The notes under the pieces: generated by a model
Seen by the model: only the letters and a program-made list of their open reading frames with translations
Databases searched by the model: none
Told to the model about the DNA's origin: nothing
Part shown: positions 35,474 through 53,345 of the stretch, in pieces
How the letters are laid out: each line of letters begins with the position of its first letter
How positions within the stretch are numbered: the stretch's first letter is position 1
Made by a program: the position numbers and the translations under genes
Source of the DNA: the human T2T-CHM13v2.0 reference genome, Homo sapiens
Direction: 5' to 3' (one strand)
Assembly (NCBI RefSeq): GCF_009914755.1
Contig: NC_060929.1
DNA length: 64,000 nt

Positions 35474-36577
35474 AGATGGGTGCAAGGATGTAGGTCGAAG
35501 GCTGGCAAGTGAGCCTAGATAAAGGGAGTGAGAGAAAATGAAGATGCTAATGAGAACATGGGGATGGCTGACCATGGGGCCCACACTGGAAGAGAAGCAG
35601 ATTCTGGAGACCAAGAGTTTGGGTGATGGGGTAAAGGCTAAGGATTAGCAGGCAGGAAATTACAGAGCAAGTTGGTTCAGCAGCAGTCATGGTACGAGAC
35701 GAGCCTGGGAGAGTGGGGACTTCAGGATCTAAGATCTCGGATTCGTGATGAGGCTGGAGGTTTGGCTGTGACTATGGCAGGTCAGCTGCAGAAGGTAATT
35801 TGTTACTGGGAGATGATCCAGTTGAGGTAACCTCCAGAGGCCAGGGCACCAAGAGCAGTTTCTCCATCCACATGGAAGAAATATGGAAGATGACATCAGG
35901 GAAAGGGACAAAGGACAACTGTATTGGGAAGAGCCAATTGTGAAGGAAGGCAGGAGAGTATCCTATAGCTCAGGAGATAAGGACATGGGGAAAGGGCAGA
36001 ATATTTGGAGGGGAAAGACTCCAAGAGTCCTGAGAAATGGGGCACAAGTGTGGAAGGAATCCTGAGGAGGAGGGAACATGGAAATTCCTGTGGGACCACA
36101 GTACAGTGGCAGAAGTGGTCTCTTTTGGTGAAGAAGAGAAGTAAAGTACATTGGGGCTGGAGAGGGAGGAAAAATGAAGGCAAAACGATGAGCCAAAGCC
36201 TTAACCAGATACTTCATGTTGTGACAGTCATTAATTTACTGGGCAAAAGTTGCCCTTTTGTTTGTGTTGAATGTTCCTCTTAATGTAATGAGAGAGTGGC
36301 TGAAAAACTCCTGTTGTTGGTAAACCAAAATGTTGGAACTGACTTTTGGTCACGGCCCTCTACCTAAGTAAGATTCAGCAGCTTTGCTAGTCTAAAGGGC
36401 CCTGTGTTGGATCCTGACTACTGCGGTTCTATATGGAGGCCACAGGCAGGGAGAGGAGCAGCAGGAGAGCTGCTTTGTTTCATAAAATGGGGACACTGGT
36501 ACCTCCCTCATAGGGCTGCTTGGGTTTTCAGCCTACAGTTAAGTCCTTAATAAATATTAGTGGTGGCAGTTATCATT

Positions 36578-38387
<1,810 letters not shown>

Positions 38388-40825
38388 CTAGCCCTGAGTG
38401 ACTGACTTTAGATTTGAACAAAAGTTTGCTGACTCGTAGTTTAGTCCTCATTCTAGTGGCCCAGAATGAAGTCACCTGCAAAATAACCACACATTTTGCT
38501 GGTAGAAAAAAACCATTTTGTTGGGAAATGGTCATGCTGCCTTTCATTCAGGTGCTGTTAGCTGTGGTTATTTTTTTCAGCTCAGCAATTTTGCTAAGAT
38601 GCACCACATGTGATTTCTCCCCTTTCACTCAAAAACAGTAAATGGAACTCCATATGCTGTGTCTCCCTGTGTAATTTCTTGTTTTAAACCACAAAGACAG
38701 CCAGCCTCTAACAAATCTATGTTTCCACCCTGACCTAACCAAACCAAGCAGCAAACACCAAAAATAAGAATTCTAATATGCAAACAAAATGGCAGAGGCA
38801 TCTGATAACTGGAGCAAGCCCAACCATACATGTGCCTTCGGAATAACTGAAACAAGTATTTGCCTTTCTGGCATTCCTCTCAACAGACGGAAATCAGTTC
38901 AAGGAATAGCTCCCCTGAGTGCCTGCACCGTTAGAAGCGTCTGCCTGCTGTGCTCCACTGCATTGGGTCTTAGGAACTCTAAGACTGCAGGTCAGTCTTT
39001 ATGTATTGCCTGCTTACAGCTCCATCTGAAATGGCACCTTGGTTTGGTTGGTGTTGTGCTCCTGGAGAAGTAAGTATTAAAAACATTAATCTATTTAAGT
39101 ACTTTAAGATGTACTCTCTCATTAGAGAGAGGGCCACTTACGGGGCCAGCTGTAGCTTATACCACACATCCCCATGTTCCACAAACAAATGCCACTCATT
39201 GGCACAGGAAAGGAGGCTTGCTTAACAGGGTTGGGGGTGGGCAGGGTGCCTAGGCTCCAGGAGGGGCCAGAGGCCTAGTGTGAGAGTCAATCATATAAAA
39301 ATGGCTCCCAAACAAATGACCTCTGACTAATAAAAATCAGGCAACAGGAAGAAAAGGAAATGTAAAACGAAAATGATCTCTCTCTGACAACGCTCTCCAT
39401 GTGGGGTTTGAGGCCAACAAGACAGCTTGGGACACCAGAATGAGGACTAAACTACGAGTTGGCAAACTTTTGTTCAAACCTAAAGTCAGTCACTCTGGGC
39501 TAGTTTTTCTCAGCTTTGCTGTCATCTAACATGAGAAAGGTAGTCTCTAGCATCCAGAGCTCTTGCGAGGAGAAATGCACTGGTGCCCAACATGTAGTTA
39601 GTAGTCAATAAATACTTGCCTTTTTAAAATTTTCATAAAAATACATTTGTAGAGGAATGAGGGCTGAGAACTTAATGCAGGCACAGGTTTCTATTCTCTG
39701 AGGCAAAGTATATAAGAAACAAGAGAAGGAAGTTTTAATTTTTAAGAATGGTATGGCAACCTTGGTCAATGTGAATGCAATGAATCATAATATATGGGGC
39801 TAAGGAGATTTTTTTCTTTAGCCTTTGTAAATACACAAGATTAAGCAAAGAGCCTGAAGGGGCAGGCATGCAAATTCTCATCCCAGCTATACTGCCAATT
39901 CTCTGGGTACCTTGGGAATATCGATTAACCTTTCTTTCTCAGTTTCAAATTATAAGAGGGAAGTTGAGCAATGACTTTACAGAAGTACTGGGAGAAATTG
40001 CTGCTAAAAATACAACAGGCTCCTCCTTACAACACTGGGAATTAGGTTCTAATTACTGAAAATATTTAAACATAATAATCTAGCAAAGTTTACATCTTAT
40101 CAGTACCAAAATGACACAAGTTACACAAAACAAGTGGGAAAGTTTTTTGCTGTACCAAGAATTCCCATTCTGACAGCATTTTTTCCCCCTTTGCACTAGA
40201 CAAGAATCAAAGCAGCTAAGAAGCCAAGAGTTCAAACACTGAACACGGTTCTTTCCTGACACTGATCACAGAGCATTTTGGGATGTACAGAGTTAGAAGC
40301 TACCAAAGGTAGCTTGAGTGCTCAGGGCTGTTCTGGAAAGAAACAATGCAAACTGTTTACAGCTTCTATGCAGCACAAGAGAACAATACAAAGCTGCCAA
40401 AGATGAGCAAAGAAAGATGCCCACGTCTTATCTCTACACACTCAAATGTGGCATTATAGTGTCTAACTGGGTTTTTAGGTTATCAAGCACATTTAGTGCA
40501 AGATGGAGAAATGGCCAGATACTTTCCACCTGGGGTGGGAGTCAGGTTATTGCTATGAGGAGGCAAGCAATTATCCAGCTGACAGGTGCATATCAGGAAT
40601 AAGTGGGTAATGACATGCCACCTTAGTGAACAAAACTGTGACCAATTAGCTCAAGTACAAAAAGGAGCATAAAAATTCCATTGGTTTCTTTTAAGACCAC
40701 TTCCTGTGCAAAGCAATAAAAATGTAATTTTTGATGTCAGTTTTTAATGCCTCTTTGTGTGACATTGATGCAGAAAGAATGCTTATCCATCACCACAGGA
40801 GAGAAGTGTGTTTTATGCGCTGCTA

Positions 40826-41086
<261 letters not shown>

Positions 41087-41250
41087 CTAGAGAAGGCGAA
41101 AGAAAGGAAGAATGAGCTCTAAAAGACTGTGAAAACATTTCTCTTATAAAATTGTAGGAAATATAAATGGTTATATTTTTTCACATTATAAACACCCTAT
41201 CAGATGGCGTGGAAAACAGTACAAGACAAATAGTAGAAATAAGCAAGCTA

Positions 41251-41692
<442 letters not shown>

Positions 41693-43202
41693 TCAGTTTG
41701 GATTTGGGACAAAGGGATAGGCAATTACAGAACACAACCAACCAAAGGCCATTTTAAGTGTATGTTAAAGCCTCTGGATACAGGCAAGGGTCCCCCTCAG
41801 AAAGATTTTTAGCTCACATGGTATCTGTAAATTAAGGATCAGTGTAATCCACATAAGCTGCTGGCAAAGACCAGAGATGCAGACATGAAATTCATTTGAA
41901 TGAGGTGATTTCTGTGACTTAGGAAGTAAATTTAAAAATAGAGCATTTTTGTTTTGACCCCTCTCCCCTCTACTTTCACTTTGAGGTATATCTCCCTTGA
42001 CCCACAGAGGGCCTAATCATCAGAAATGGGATATTAACAACAGCAAGGCCAGTAGAAACACCTACCTGAAACGAATTAATCCTGTCTATGTCATATCAGA
42101 ACAGAAATCCTAAAAATATGCCAAGGCCTTTTAATACCACTAATACATCACATCCAAACTGGACACATAGCACATTCTTGCTGACATGTGAACTCATTTT
42201 CTACTGTTAGAATGCAAAGAATGCAAATCTGGCTGAGATTGGAAGGAATATTTCCCTGGCAAAGGATTTATGTATAATTTTGTGTTTTCAATTACCAGTA
42301 CTGACTACAGCAGGGTTAAAACAAGTATAGTGAGAAATGTATATCCTTTGTTATAAACGTCTGGCAAAGAGCATAATGATTCACTAGACATAAGTATAAG
42401 GTGACAGGACAGACACCAGACCTGACCACCTCAGGACTGAAATGAAAGCCAAGGGATGACTCTAGCAACCAGAGTCAAGAAAAAACAAATATGTGGCTCT
42501 ACGGTGACCTTTAAGCCATGGTAACAAGACAACCAATGTCCTTCTCAGGACTCACACTGGCTGTAAAAGCTGTTTGGACAGGAGCAGACACTGCAGCTGC
42601 CTGTGGGGTGTAAGGCGCATCATGTCTCCTGGAGTTCGAGCAACCTCATACCATCAAGGGTCCTAGGTGACCAAGAGGCATGAGCTTTGGGGCTGGTGGG
42701 AGAGTAGTGTTCTCGTCCTGGTAAAGTGAACACCTTAGAACTTTGAAAGAAACATCTGACCGAGATCTCATCAGCATCACACATTCACACAGAATGGTTT
42801 AAGATGGTTCCATCTCTGGTCCCCAGATTCATTTCTTGAGGACTTTTATGGGGAAAGATGCTATGTAGCCTCTCAGGACTACATGGTATTACAGAAACAC
42901 CAAACATATTTAAAATGAAATTTTACCCTCTCTTGAGTTCCCACTGAGATTTTTTTTTTTTTGGTAAGGAGGTGAGGGACGAGGCAGTGGAATAGTTTTT
43001 TTTTCCTAGACAATGAACTATAAATCAATGTTAATCATATTTTCTAGTGCCTTTGGTCAGGAGCATTGAAAATGTTTGTGGTTTTGCATTTTTTCGACTT
43101 GATAAATACCTATTCTATAGACATATAGAAAGTAGGGGTAGTGGAAAGACAATGAAAACAAATTTAAAGCTCAGGTTATGGGAAACAGATGGCTAAATCT
43201 CA

Positions 43203-43421
<219 letters not shown>

Positions 43422-45370
43422 CTAAGACTGAGGACCTGAAGGCCCAAGTGAATGTTCACCTGGCAGCTCTAGAAATAGAGAAGGATCATTTTAAATCTGT
43501 ACCAACAGACTCATCTCATTCGGTGACACTTCAGATGGATAATGACGAATGTGGTAAAATTCACTGTATCCATTTTGTAATGCAAAATTACATGAACTTA
43601 GTTTTCTTCTTTCTCATTTGGGCTGAGGATGTATATATAAACCACTGGGCTGAGGGCAATTGAGAGGCTGACATATATGGCTCTAGGTAAGGATACTCTT
43701 AAAAAACAAGTCAACTGAGATACAATTTTTGTTTCAAGAACAAAATCTTCCCCAGAAAAAGAAATCTCACAGCTTTCCCACTGTGAAAATTTTGTCAACA
43801 TCCGACAACTTTCCCTGCTAGGAAATGTCTGTCATTTTTTGAAATCCTTCAAAACACCCAATCCTTATGAAAAAAAAAAACCCCTCATCTTTCCCTTCTT
43901 TCCTTTGAGTTTCGTCAGTTTTAAAATAACAGAGTTCTCATGATCTTTTTGGATCTCTGGACATGAATGTTTCTCTGGGTACCTCAAGCCATCACACCTG
44001 GAGTTCAAGATGTGGATGCTAGACAGCAGGGTCTTCTGGTAGGGAGATGGCTGTCTGTATTCCTGTGGCACAGAACCTGGCTGCACTAATGACCAAAGTC
44101 ACCTTGAGCTGCCCAGTCTTAAATCCACCTTCTTTTATCTTTCCTGGGAAGGAGGATTTGGGAAAGCCAGAGTAGGACACAAACAGACAAAGCTTATCAG
44201 GCGACAGCTAATTTTAGACCTTTAAGGTGCTTGGGGCTGGACTGCAGTTACATTCTGGGCAGCTGCTTCCATCAGGGCTGAGTGAGGCTGCACGGCAAAT
44301 GACACAATGAGAGCAAAGAGCTTCTGATCTGATGGCTGCTATCACAAAGAACCAGGGCCTCTGCTCACAAACCACAACAAAGTACATATTCTTTGCCCTG
44401 TCACTTCTGACCAATTCAGGCTGTATGACAGTCCTGAATGCTGATCTGAAAGCAAAGGAAAATACATGTAAATCAATATCAAAAGTAGGTGGCAAATAAG
44501 GAAAAAATTATTTTTAAAAAGAGTGGTCAACTCCTTTGTTAGTCTGATAGACAGTCAATAAACTCTGAAGTTCCTGAGTTATTATATCAGAATCAGCACC
44601 AAGAATAACACACTACATTCTGTTGGCAAAGATCAACTTCAAAAGCAGTCAAACTGCTATAACTTTATGATTTTTAAAAAACAAAGGTAAGCAGAAGCAA
44701 TGTATAATTGAGAGATGCCTAACTACTTAAGAGACGATGGGAGAGTAATGAAATAACATAAATTTAATAAACGTCTGTAAATCGGGACGTTACATTTAGG
44801 TTGAATCTTATTTACCCAGATTCCACACAACCCAGGTTCCGAGGCCACTCTTCAGAAGGCTTTGTCCTCTTAACCTGTCTGATTTTCAATGCAATCAGGG
44901 CACAAGAGGAAAGCCACCACTGCACCTCCTGGTGCAATCACATGGTACCCATGAACCACTCCACTTTTCCTGAAGTGCTACTACTTCTGCTCTTAGTTTA
45001 TCTTCCCTTACCTGAAAACAATACCAAAGATACAAGTTCAACTCTAACTCTTAATTTCTTACCTTCTGGACTTTAGATCTAAAGAGACAGAAAGATCTTT
45101 GTTAATACTGGAAAAGATTCTACTAGCTAGTCTCCCTAAACAGGGCCAGAACATCCCTTTCTTTATCCCTTCTTCAGACTGATTACCACTGAATATTATT
45201 ACCTATATCCACCAGAACTAGTTCTTGCTTTGCCAGTGATGGCAGGTTTTAAGAACCCTCTTTACTCTCTTATGGAGTAACTGTAAGGCCATCAAGGTCT
45301 ATTTTTATGTCTAAAAACGAAGGCTAATTGGATTTCACTGGTAAATTTAAATCAAATTACAATTTTATTA

Positions 45371-45604
<234 letters not shown>

Positions 45605-47050
45605 TCAATGACATGAGGAAAAGAACATGTTATAGCATTAAGTAAACAAAGAAGAACAAAGCTATATATACATTATAATCCTAATTTTGGGATTAAAAGG
45701 TACTTACGTCAAAGAAAAATATAGGAAAGAAATACCCTATATGTTAATGGATTTTTGGGCAGTGAAATTATGAGTAATTTTGGTTTTATTCCCTGTATAT
45801 CTTATTATTTTCCAAAAATTTGGCAATGAATAAGCGTTTCTTTTACAATCAGAAAAGCAAAACAAAACACAAATAAAGAGTACACTTTAAACCGACACTC
45901 GAGACAATCAAGATTCAACATGCTGTCAGCCCCACAGTCACTCATACTGCTGTGGCCTGATGGAACAAGCTTTTGAATTTTAAAGAATTTAGCAATGATA
46001 AGACTCCTTCAGAGTGTTAGAATAAATACCACTATTAAATTGCTTTTAGATAGATTTGTGCTTCTCAAAAACAAATTAGGCAGTCAGAAACAGTGATCGC
46101 TTCTTTCAGCCCAGGGTGCAAAATTACGCTTTAATGAAAATGAAGTCTTTAGAGACATGGGGGAAACAAAGGGCAAAAACACAAGCATTGCTACACCTGC
46201 TGCAGACTAGTAACAACGATGACTGGAGGACTTCCTGGCAATGCGGCCAGGGGAGAGCCTTGGCAACTCCCCAGTGGGATCTGTGATCTTCTTGGTGCCA
46301 CATGAGTACACAGTGGACAGAGCTGGAGCCCTAACTCTGGCTTCAAAACATAGAACACTAAGCTCAGGTTGCCCTGCACTGGTCTCTGCACCAAGAGATT
46401 AGGGAGGAAGCAGAGAATGAATAATGTCTGCAGGCTGCAGTTACAACCACGGGCAAGTGAGGCACCCCAGATGTTCATAGGCACCCAAACCTCTTTACTG
46501 TAAGTAGGCTTTGTGCAATACAAGTGTCATTTCTTGAGGCTGCTCCCCAGTCTTTGAGAAAAGCAAAGACCTCAGAAGAAAAACAACGCCCCCCCCCAAG
46601 CACTTCTGCAGCACAGGTAAATAAAAGAGCTGGTAATTAAAAACCAGGTCATTTTACTTTCAAAACTAAGAAGTTTGATTTTCCCCACCTAAAACTGCAT
46701 GAAAAGTAGGGCCGACAAATAATAAATAAGGAGCCTTACAAACATTTTTCCCCCTGTAGGGAAAAACATGAGCTACAGTAACAGGCTGTAGTAGGGGTTA
46801 AAGCCAAATGAACACTAAAATATCTAAGCACTAGATACCTTTGATGTGTTAGGAGTCGAGCAGGGGTGGTGACAGTGACTGGGATGGTTATACTTCTAAA
46901 GGACTTCAAAAAAGATGAATGAAAACAAACCAATGACTGTCTTAGAAATTTTCTGATCATTGTCTGGGGCTGCTGGAACTACTGCTGCTTATATGAAGCT
47001 ATTCATGTGTCAACATAAATTAACAGATATCTTCCAAGCCTTTAGTTTCT

Positions 47051-47363
47051 TTTCTTTTCTTTTTTTCTCTTTGGAGACAGGGTCTTGCCCTATTGCCCAG
47101 GCTGGAATGCAGTGGTGTGATCACAGCTCACTGTAACCTCAAACTTATGGGATCAAGGGATCCTCCCAACTCAGCCTCCTGAGTAGCTAGGACTATAGGC
47201 ATGTGCCACCATGCCTGGTTAATATTTTTTTTATTTTCAATTTTTGTAGAGATGAGGTCTTGCTATGTTGCCTAGCCTGGTCTCAAACTCCTGGCCTTAA
47301 GCAATCCTCTTGCCTTGGCCTCTCAAAGTACTAAGATTACAGGCATGAGCCACTGCTCCTGGC
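47051..47363 (-). mobile_element. AluJ-like element
   Basis: Antisense dimer with TSD ccaagcctttagtttct / ccaagcctttaatttct. Confidence 0.92.
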
Positions 47364-47479
47364 CCAAGCCTTTAATTTCTATTGTAGACACTATAATGGA
47401 CTAATTCAGGTGTGGTTTCATCAATGCCTTCAAAGTTTTTCCATTTTATGCTTTGCCTCTTCCATTAATACAAAGCAAA

Positions 47480-48785
47480 TCCTCATTCTCCCAACTTCCC
47501 CGCTTTATTCTCCACTTCATAGCTAGGCATCTTAAAAGAGTTGTCTATACCTCTAATCATTCTACAATCCATTCCAATTTGGTTTCCTGCTCCATTACTC
47601 ATATGGAAACAAAGGTTACGATTTAGTGCCTCCCGTGCCACTAATGCATTTAATTGACTTTTTTTATTCCTCATCTTACCCTACCCCTTTGGAAGCATTC
47701 TACATAGCAGACCATCTCTTCCTGTGGATTCTGTGGTCCAACACATTCCTGATTTCCCTTCTTTTTGCTTTCTAGCTCATTTGCAAACATTTACACATGG
47801 AAGTATAAGTCTCCACAATTGTATCTCCAGTCCAGATCTTTCCATTAAGCCCCCAGTTCCTTGGTGAAATCTCGTGACTGTCTCAATTTCAAAATGCAAC
47901 ATGTTCAGAGTCACATTAATGATTTTTCTCATAACATCCAGTCTTTTCCCAAAGTTCCCTTTTGGAAACAACACATGGAACACCTTGCATCCAGACATAT
48001 GAGTCAGAAACTGAGGAGAGAATATGTGACCCCTGCTTCCCTGCCTCATCTTGTTATTTACCTTCCAAATATGCCCATTGGCTACTCTCTAACTGCATCA
48101 TATCCTGGTCTCTATGCTACCATTATCCCTTGCTGAGATTCATGGTAGTCTCTCGGATGGTCTGACCATAGCCATCCTTGCCCTGCTCTGATAGCTTATC
48201 CACAGTACAGCCAGAAGGACCTTATCAAAACACAGATTTGATTATTATATGCCCTCTGCTTCTAACTTTTCAAGGGCTTCTCACTGTTTTTAGAACGAAC
48301 ACAAAATGGCTTAGTATGGCCTACATTCTCCAACCCTCTCACCCCACGTCCTCCCTACCATTTTCTGTTGTAACTACACTGACTATCTTCTTCCAGCCCA
48401 TTTCTGCTCACTAAGTTTTCTGCCACAGGGTATTTGGACATGTAATTTCCTCTTTTTGGACTGTTCTTCCCCTCCTTAGCCAGTTAATTACCAGTCATCC
48501 TTCAATAGTAACCTAAGAAATATTTCCTTAAGGAAGCCCTTCCTAACCAATTTAAGTTTAAAATACAGAGAAAACTCCCTATAATATAGTCTTTTCTTAG
48601 ATTTCTCCTTTGCAGTGTTCATGATAGTCATAGTTTTATATCTCTGTGATTGTTTTGTTTAAACTCTGTGTTCTTCCTAAATTGTAAGCAGAAAATGTTT
48701 GCTCACCAGTACATAACTAGCACTTGCCAATGTATGGAATTTGTATGTGTTCAATACAGTATATTTAATGAATTAATAATGAATG
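47480..48785 (+). mobile_element. L2 LINE fragment
   Basis: L2 ORF2 and 3' tail-like motifs ending tcaatac..atttaatgaattaataatgaat. Boundaries are approximate. Confidence 0.6.
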
Positions 48786-49597
48786 TGGGGTATATCATAA
48801 GACTATGACACTCATCTTAGAAAGGCATAACATGCCATCTACTCTTTAGAATGTGGTCTGGACTAAATGACCTCTTCAGTTCCTACCCAAACTGGGATTT
48901 TTGATGTTTACAATTGAGGTTAAGGGCAGATGGCAGAGGCAGACTAACTGGCTTTACCAGGTGGCTTCGTTACCTACTAGCTGGGGGGTTACTCTGTAAC
49001 ATCTCTAGGCCCCAGTCTCCTTATCTGCCTAGGGTTGTTGTGAGAATTAAATGCATTAATACATTTAAAACAAGAACACAGCCTGGTGTAAAGTAAGTGC
49101 TACTTAAAATATCAGTTATTGCTATTGCTATTCTTAGGACAACAATAAGCAATGATTAAACATGCGAACCTAAGATCTGAAACCAAAACTTGATATTCTA
49201 GACTTTCCAAAACGGAACTGCCCTAGAGAAACCTTAGGAAAATACTGATACAAATGAAATAATTAGTATTTAATATCCCAGGTAATGGTCAACGTTAGCT
49301 GCCTCACTGCCTCTTTGACATGCCATGTCCAGCTCTCAGTGACTACCAATGACCCATTTCTGAATGTCTGAGGTGCACTCAGCCTAGCTCAAGTTTCAAA
49401 ATATGCACGAGGACTTTCTTTTGAGATTCTCTCAAGTGGAAGAACCTCCAATTCCATTTGTTAGAAACCAGTAACCAAAATGTATACAATAAACACACAT
49501 TCCTGGTTGTGCCTGGCCACAGAGCTGCAGACACCTTTTTCCAGCTTTTGAGAGCAAGCCCCTGCTTGCCTTTTCTAAAGTTCTTAATACTGCTTTA

Positions 49598-49777
<180 letters not shown>

Positions 49778-51172
49778 TTACTAAATCTCTATTTAACTAT
49801 AAACACTCTTAAAACGTGGGGCATGGTTTAAAAAAATGCAGAATTAAGAAGTAAAATATGCGGGCTTAGGCTCTGGCCCTAGTTCTTCCACAAACAAGGT
49901 TTTTCCTCAGCCTTTAGCTTCTATTTTACATACCAGAACGAACTAAATCAGGTGCTACTGCACCAACGTCCTGAAGGACATTAAATAAACCACTCATTTC
50001 TCTTGGCTCCCAGTATCATCGTCATAATGATAAAATACTATTTGCTTCACCTACTTCAAGAGAATTTTGGACAGTTCAACCAGAAAATGGCTCAAACTGT
50101 GATGCAAATTTAAGGCATCATGTCTACCAGCTAGAACAGCTAAGGCATAAAGGAGACACATATATTCTCAAGGTCACCCTGACAGGCAGAGCAGACAGGC
50201 TGGTCTGACTGCCCTATTCTCTGCTCTGGTACCTTCTCACTGTTAAGGCAGAAGAGGACAAAATGCTAAAGGAAACCCTAAATCTCAGGTGTTATTTCAA
50301 AGACAGCAAAATAATGACTATAAAAAGGACAATAAGGCTCAGTTTAAAATACTTGTTGGAAGGGAATGGGAAATGCTCGTTCATAAATTATAAGCCCCTG
50401 AGTATAACACGTAACATAAAATATTTGTTTGCACATTAATGCTGGTCATTAAAGCCTGGAGAGCAGGCTTTAAGCAATTTTTATTTTCCCTTGATATTCT
50501 ACAACATAGATGGAGGCCAAGAAAATCAAGTCAAACAATTTCCTTTCTGTAGTTACTTGGTGGTAAAGCAGAGAATATTAACAATGGCTTAAAATATAGT
50601 GCCTGTTCATATCACAAGCACAACAAATGTTTTTTACTTACTGAATTATTTTTTTAACCAATTTTTACATATATTCATAACTATAAAATAGCACTGATTT
50701 GCAGCTGTTCCTACCCAGCTGGTTTTGCACATGTCATGGTTCTGAATGAGGCCACACGCATGGATTTCTATGTTCTTTTTGCAAATGGGGAAACTGAGAT
50801 AGGCAGACCAGGTAGTCATCTAATAAGTCAGTAGAAAAATAAGAACCTGGAAGGGATTTTCTTTTACACAAACAAACAAGCCAGTAATATTTTAAAAGAG
50901 CATAGGCTAAAAATTCAGTTGAAAAAAAAAATCTCATTTCTGCCAACTGTTCATTACTGAATCCAAAATTATACTTGAAAAATAAATTTACTTTATCCTT
51001 TATTTATATTCTGCATTTCAGTCAGTTTGGGAAGTGAAATTAGATTGGCCTGTATAATTAACTTACTTTTCCTCCATAATCATTTATGTACTTTGATATT
51101 TTCTATCTTAAAATAAAAATAATGTTTTTAAAAATTTTGCATAAAAGATAATCATCAAAACTTTTCTGACTA

Positions 51173-51367
<195 letters not shown>

Positions 51368-52559
51368 CTATAATGAAAATGAACATAACAGGAAAAAAAG
51401 AGAAAATTATCTAATTTAGTCTGTAATATATGCCTATGTATTATTCAGAATAAAACTTGCCACCATTAGCTTTAAAATATTTGACTATCATTTTACAGCA
51501 TCTGTGACAGTGAAACAGAAGCCATGACTCATGAGGTTTGGTAACAGGAACTGTTGGTCAGGGTGAGAAAGTTGTGAGTCTGATATAAGACAACTGATAA
51601 TGTAAAAACTAAGGCTCCAATTCTAACACCTCATCATAGCTTAAAAAAAACATAAAAGAAAAAAGAAAAAAAGAAACCCACACAACCCCCCTAACTGGTT
51701 CAGTGACTCTTCTTATAAAGTATGAATAACAATACAAAAACAGACTCTCATGAGAAAGCAGACATTACACAGCATTTTCTGGTTCTTAGCCTGGCTTTTA
51801 AGGTCCCAAGAAATATGCCAAGAAATATTTGCTACTAAGTTTCTAGAATGTTGTGTCATACAACTGAATACTTGAGAATTCAGATTTCTTAAAATGTGGA
51901 CCCTTTAGCACCTGCAGGATGTCGACTTTCTCAGAGTGTTTTTAACAATATAGATTCCTACGTCTCAGACCTATAGAACCAGAATCTGTGGGAATTGGGC
52001 ACAAAACCCTGAATTTTTAGTGAGCTTCTTGTGATTTTCATGCATACTCATTTTACTACCAATGATCCTGATTGTGGCTGCATTTTTATTTGTTTCAAAT
52101 TCTTCAGTAATGTTAACCACCATTCCCCACAGGGCTCCATTCTTCCCTCTTGGAACCAGTAGAAACACCTGAGGAATTTTTCCAAACTATATCCATATCC
52201 CCTTGAGAGATTTTGATACAGTCCTAACCCCCAACTGAATCACCACTGAGCTGACTCACTGTTTCCAGGTGTTATATATAGTAGCCTCAGGTGTGCCGAA
52301 ATGGAAAAATGTCTAAAAACCACTGTTTTAAAGGTTGTAGCTCATGGCCAGTGTCTATATTTCTCAAAGCAGTCATCCAAATCAGTATTAATCCCTAGGG
52401 CAGGCTAAAAACCAAAATATTTTAGGATGACAAATCATTAAAGCTGAAAGGGATTTTAGAAATCAACTGGTCAGTGATTCTCAACCCAGGCTGCAAATGA
52501 GAATCAACTGAGAGCTTTAAAAAACAAACAAACAAACAAGCAAACCCAATGAGGGATGA

Positions 52560-53345
52560 ATAGGCAGGGATGAGGGATGATACTACAATGGTGGATACAT
52601 GTCATTATACATTTGTCCAAACCCATAGGACGTACAACATCAAGAGTGAACCCTAATGTAAACTAGGACCTTTGGGTGACAACGGTTTGTCAACGTAAGT
52701 TCATCAATTGTAATAAATGTACCACACTGGGGCAGGATGTTGATTATGAGGAAGGCTATGCATGTGTTGGGGCAGGGAGTACATAGAAAATCTATGTACT
52801 TTCCACTCAGTTTTGCTGTTGAAGGAAACAAAAATATTTCTCCCCAAAATAATTGAGGATGTTAAGTTAAAGACACTGAAAATGCAGGGGAAGACTCTGC
52901 CATAGCCTCCAATTGCCTGATGGCAGCACATAAATCCTTCCTTCCTAGAACAGCACTTGCTTCTGAGCCCAGAGAAGGCATCAGCAGGCACCAGAGGAAT
53001 CTGAGAACAGATTTTACTATCTTCCCACATTTTCCCACCTTTTAAAGACTGGAACTTTTCCTTCGTCTTGTCACTGTATAGGATTTATGGCCCTTGGTTG
53101 AAATACTATTCAGTAAGGCCATAAGCCACTGCCTTGAGATAGAAATGCTTTTGAACTGAGGCCTTTCCTGTGTGATGAGTACAGCATGTGTTAATAAACT
53201 TCTGCTTGTTTTTCTTTTGTTAATCTGACTTTTGTTTTCAGCAGAGTGTCTCAACTAAGAACCTAAAAGGGAAAGAAACTAAATTATGTTTTCTCCCCTA
53301 TACTGTGAACCCGAAACTGACAGAAAAATTTAAACTTATTAAAAA
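52560..53345 (+). mobile_element. L1M 3' end fragment, interrupted by the LTR
   Basis: atggtggatacatgtcattatacatttgtccaaacccatag...aaatctatgtactttccactcagttttgctgt|gaacccgaaact. Confidence 0.8.
52820..53302 (+). mobile_element. Solo ERV1-type LTR (483 bp) inserted in an L1 3' end
   Basis: TG...TA termini (probably a mutated CA), an internal AATAAA and a 4-bp TSD ctgt (52816-52819 and 53303-53306) that splits the L1 motif ttttgctgtgaacc. Confidence 0.8.
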
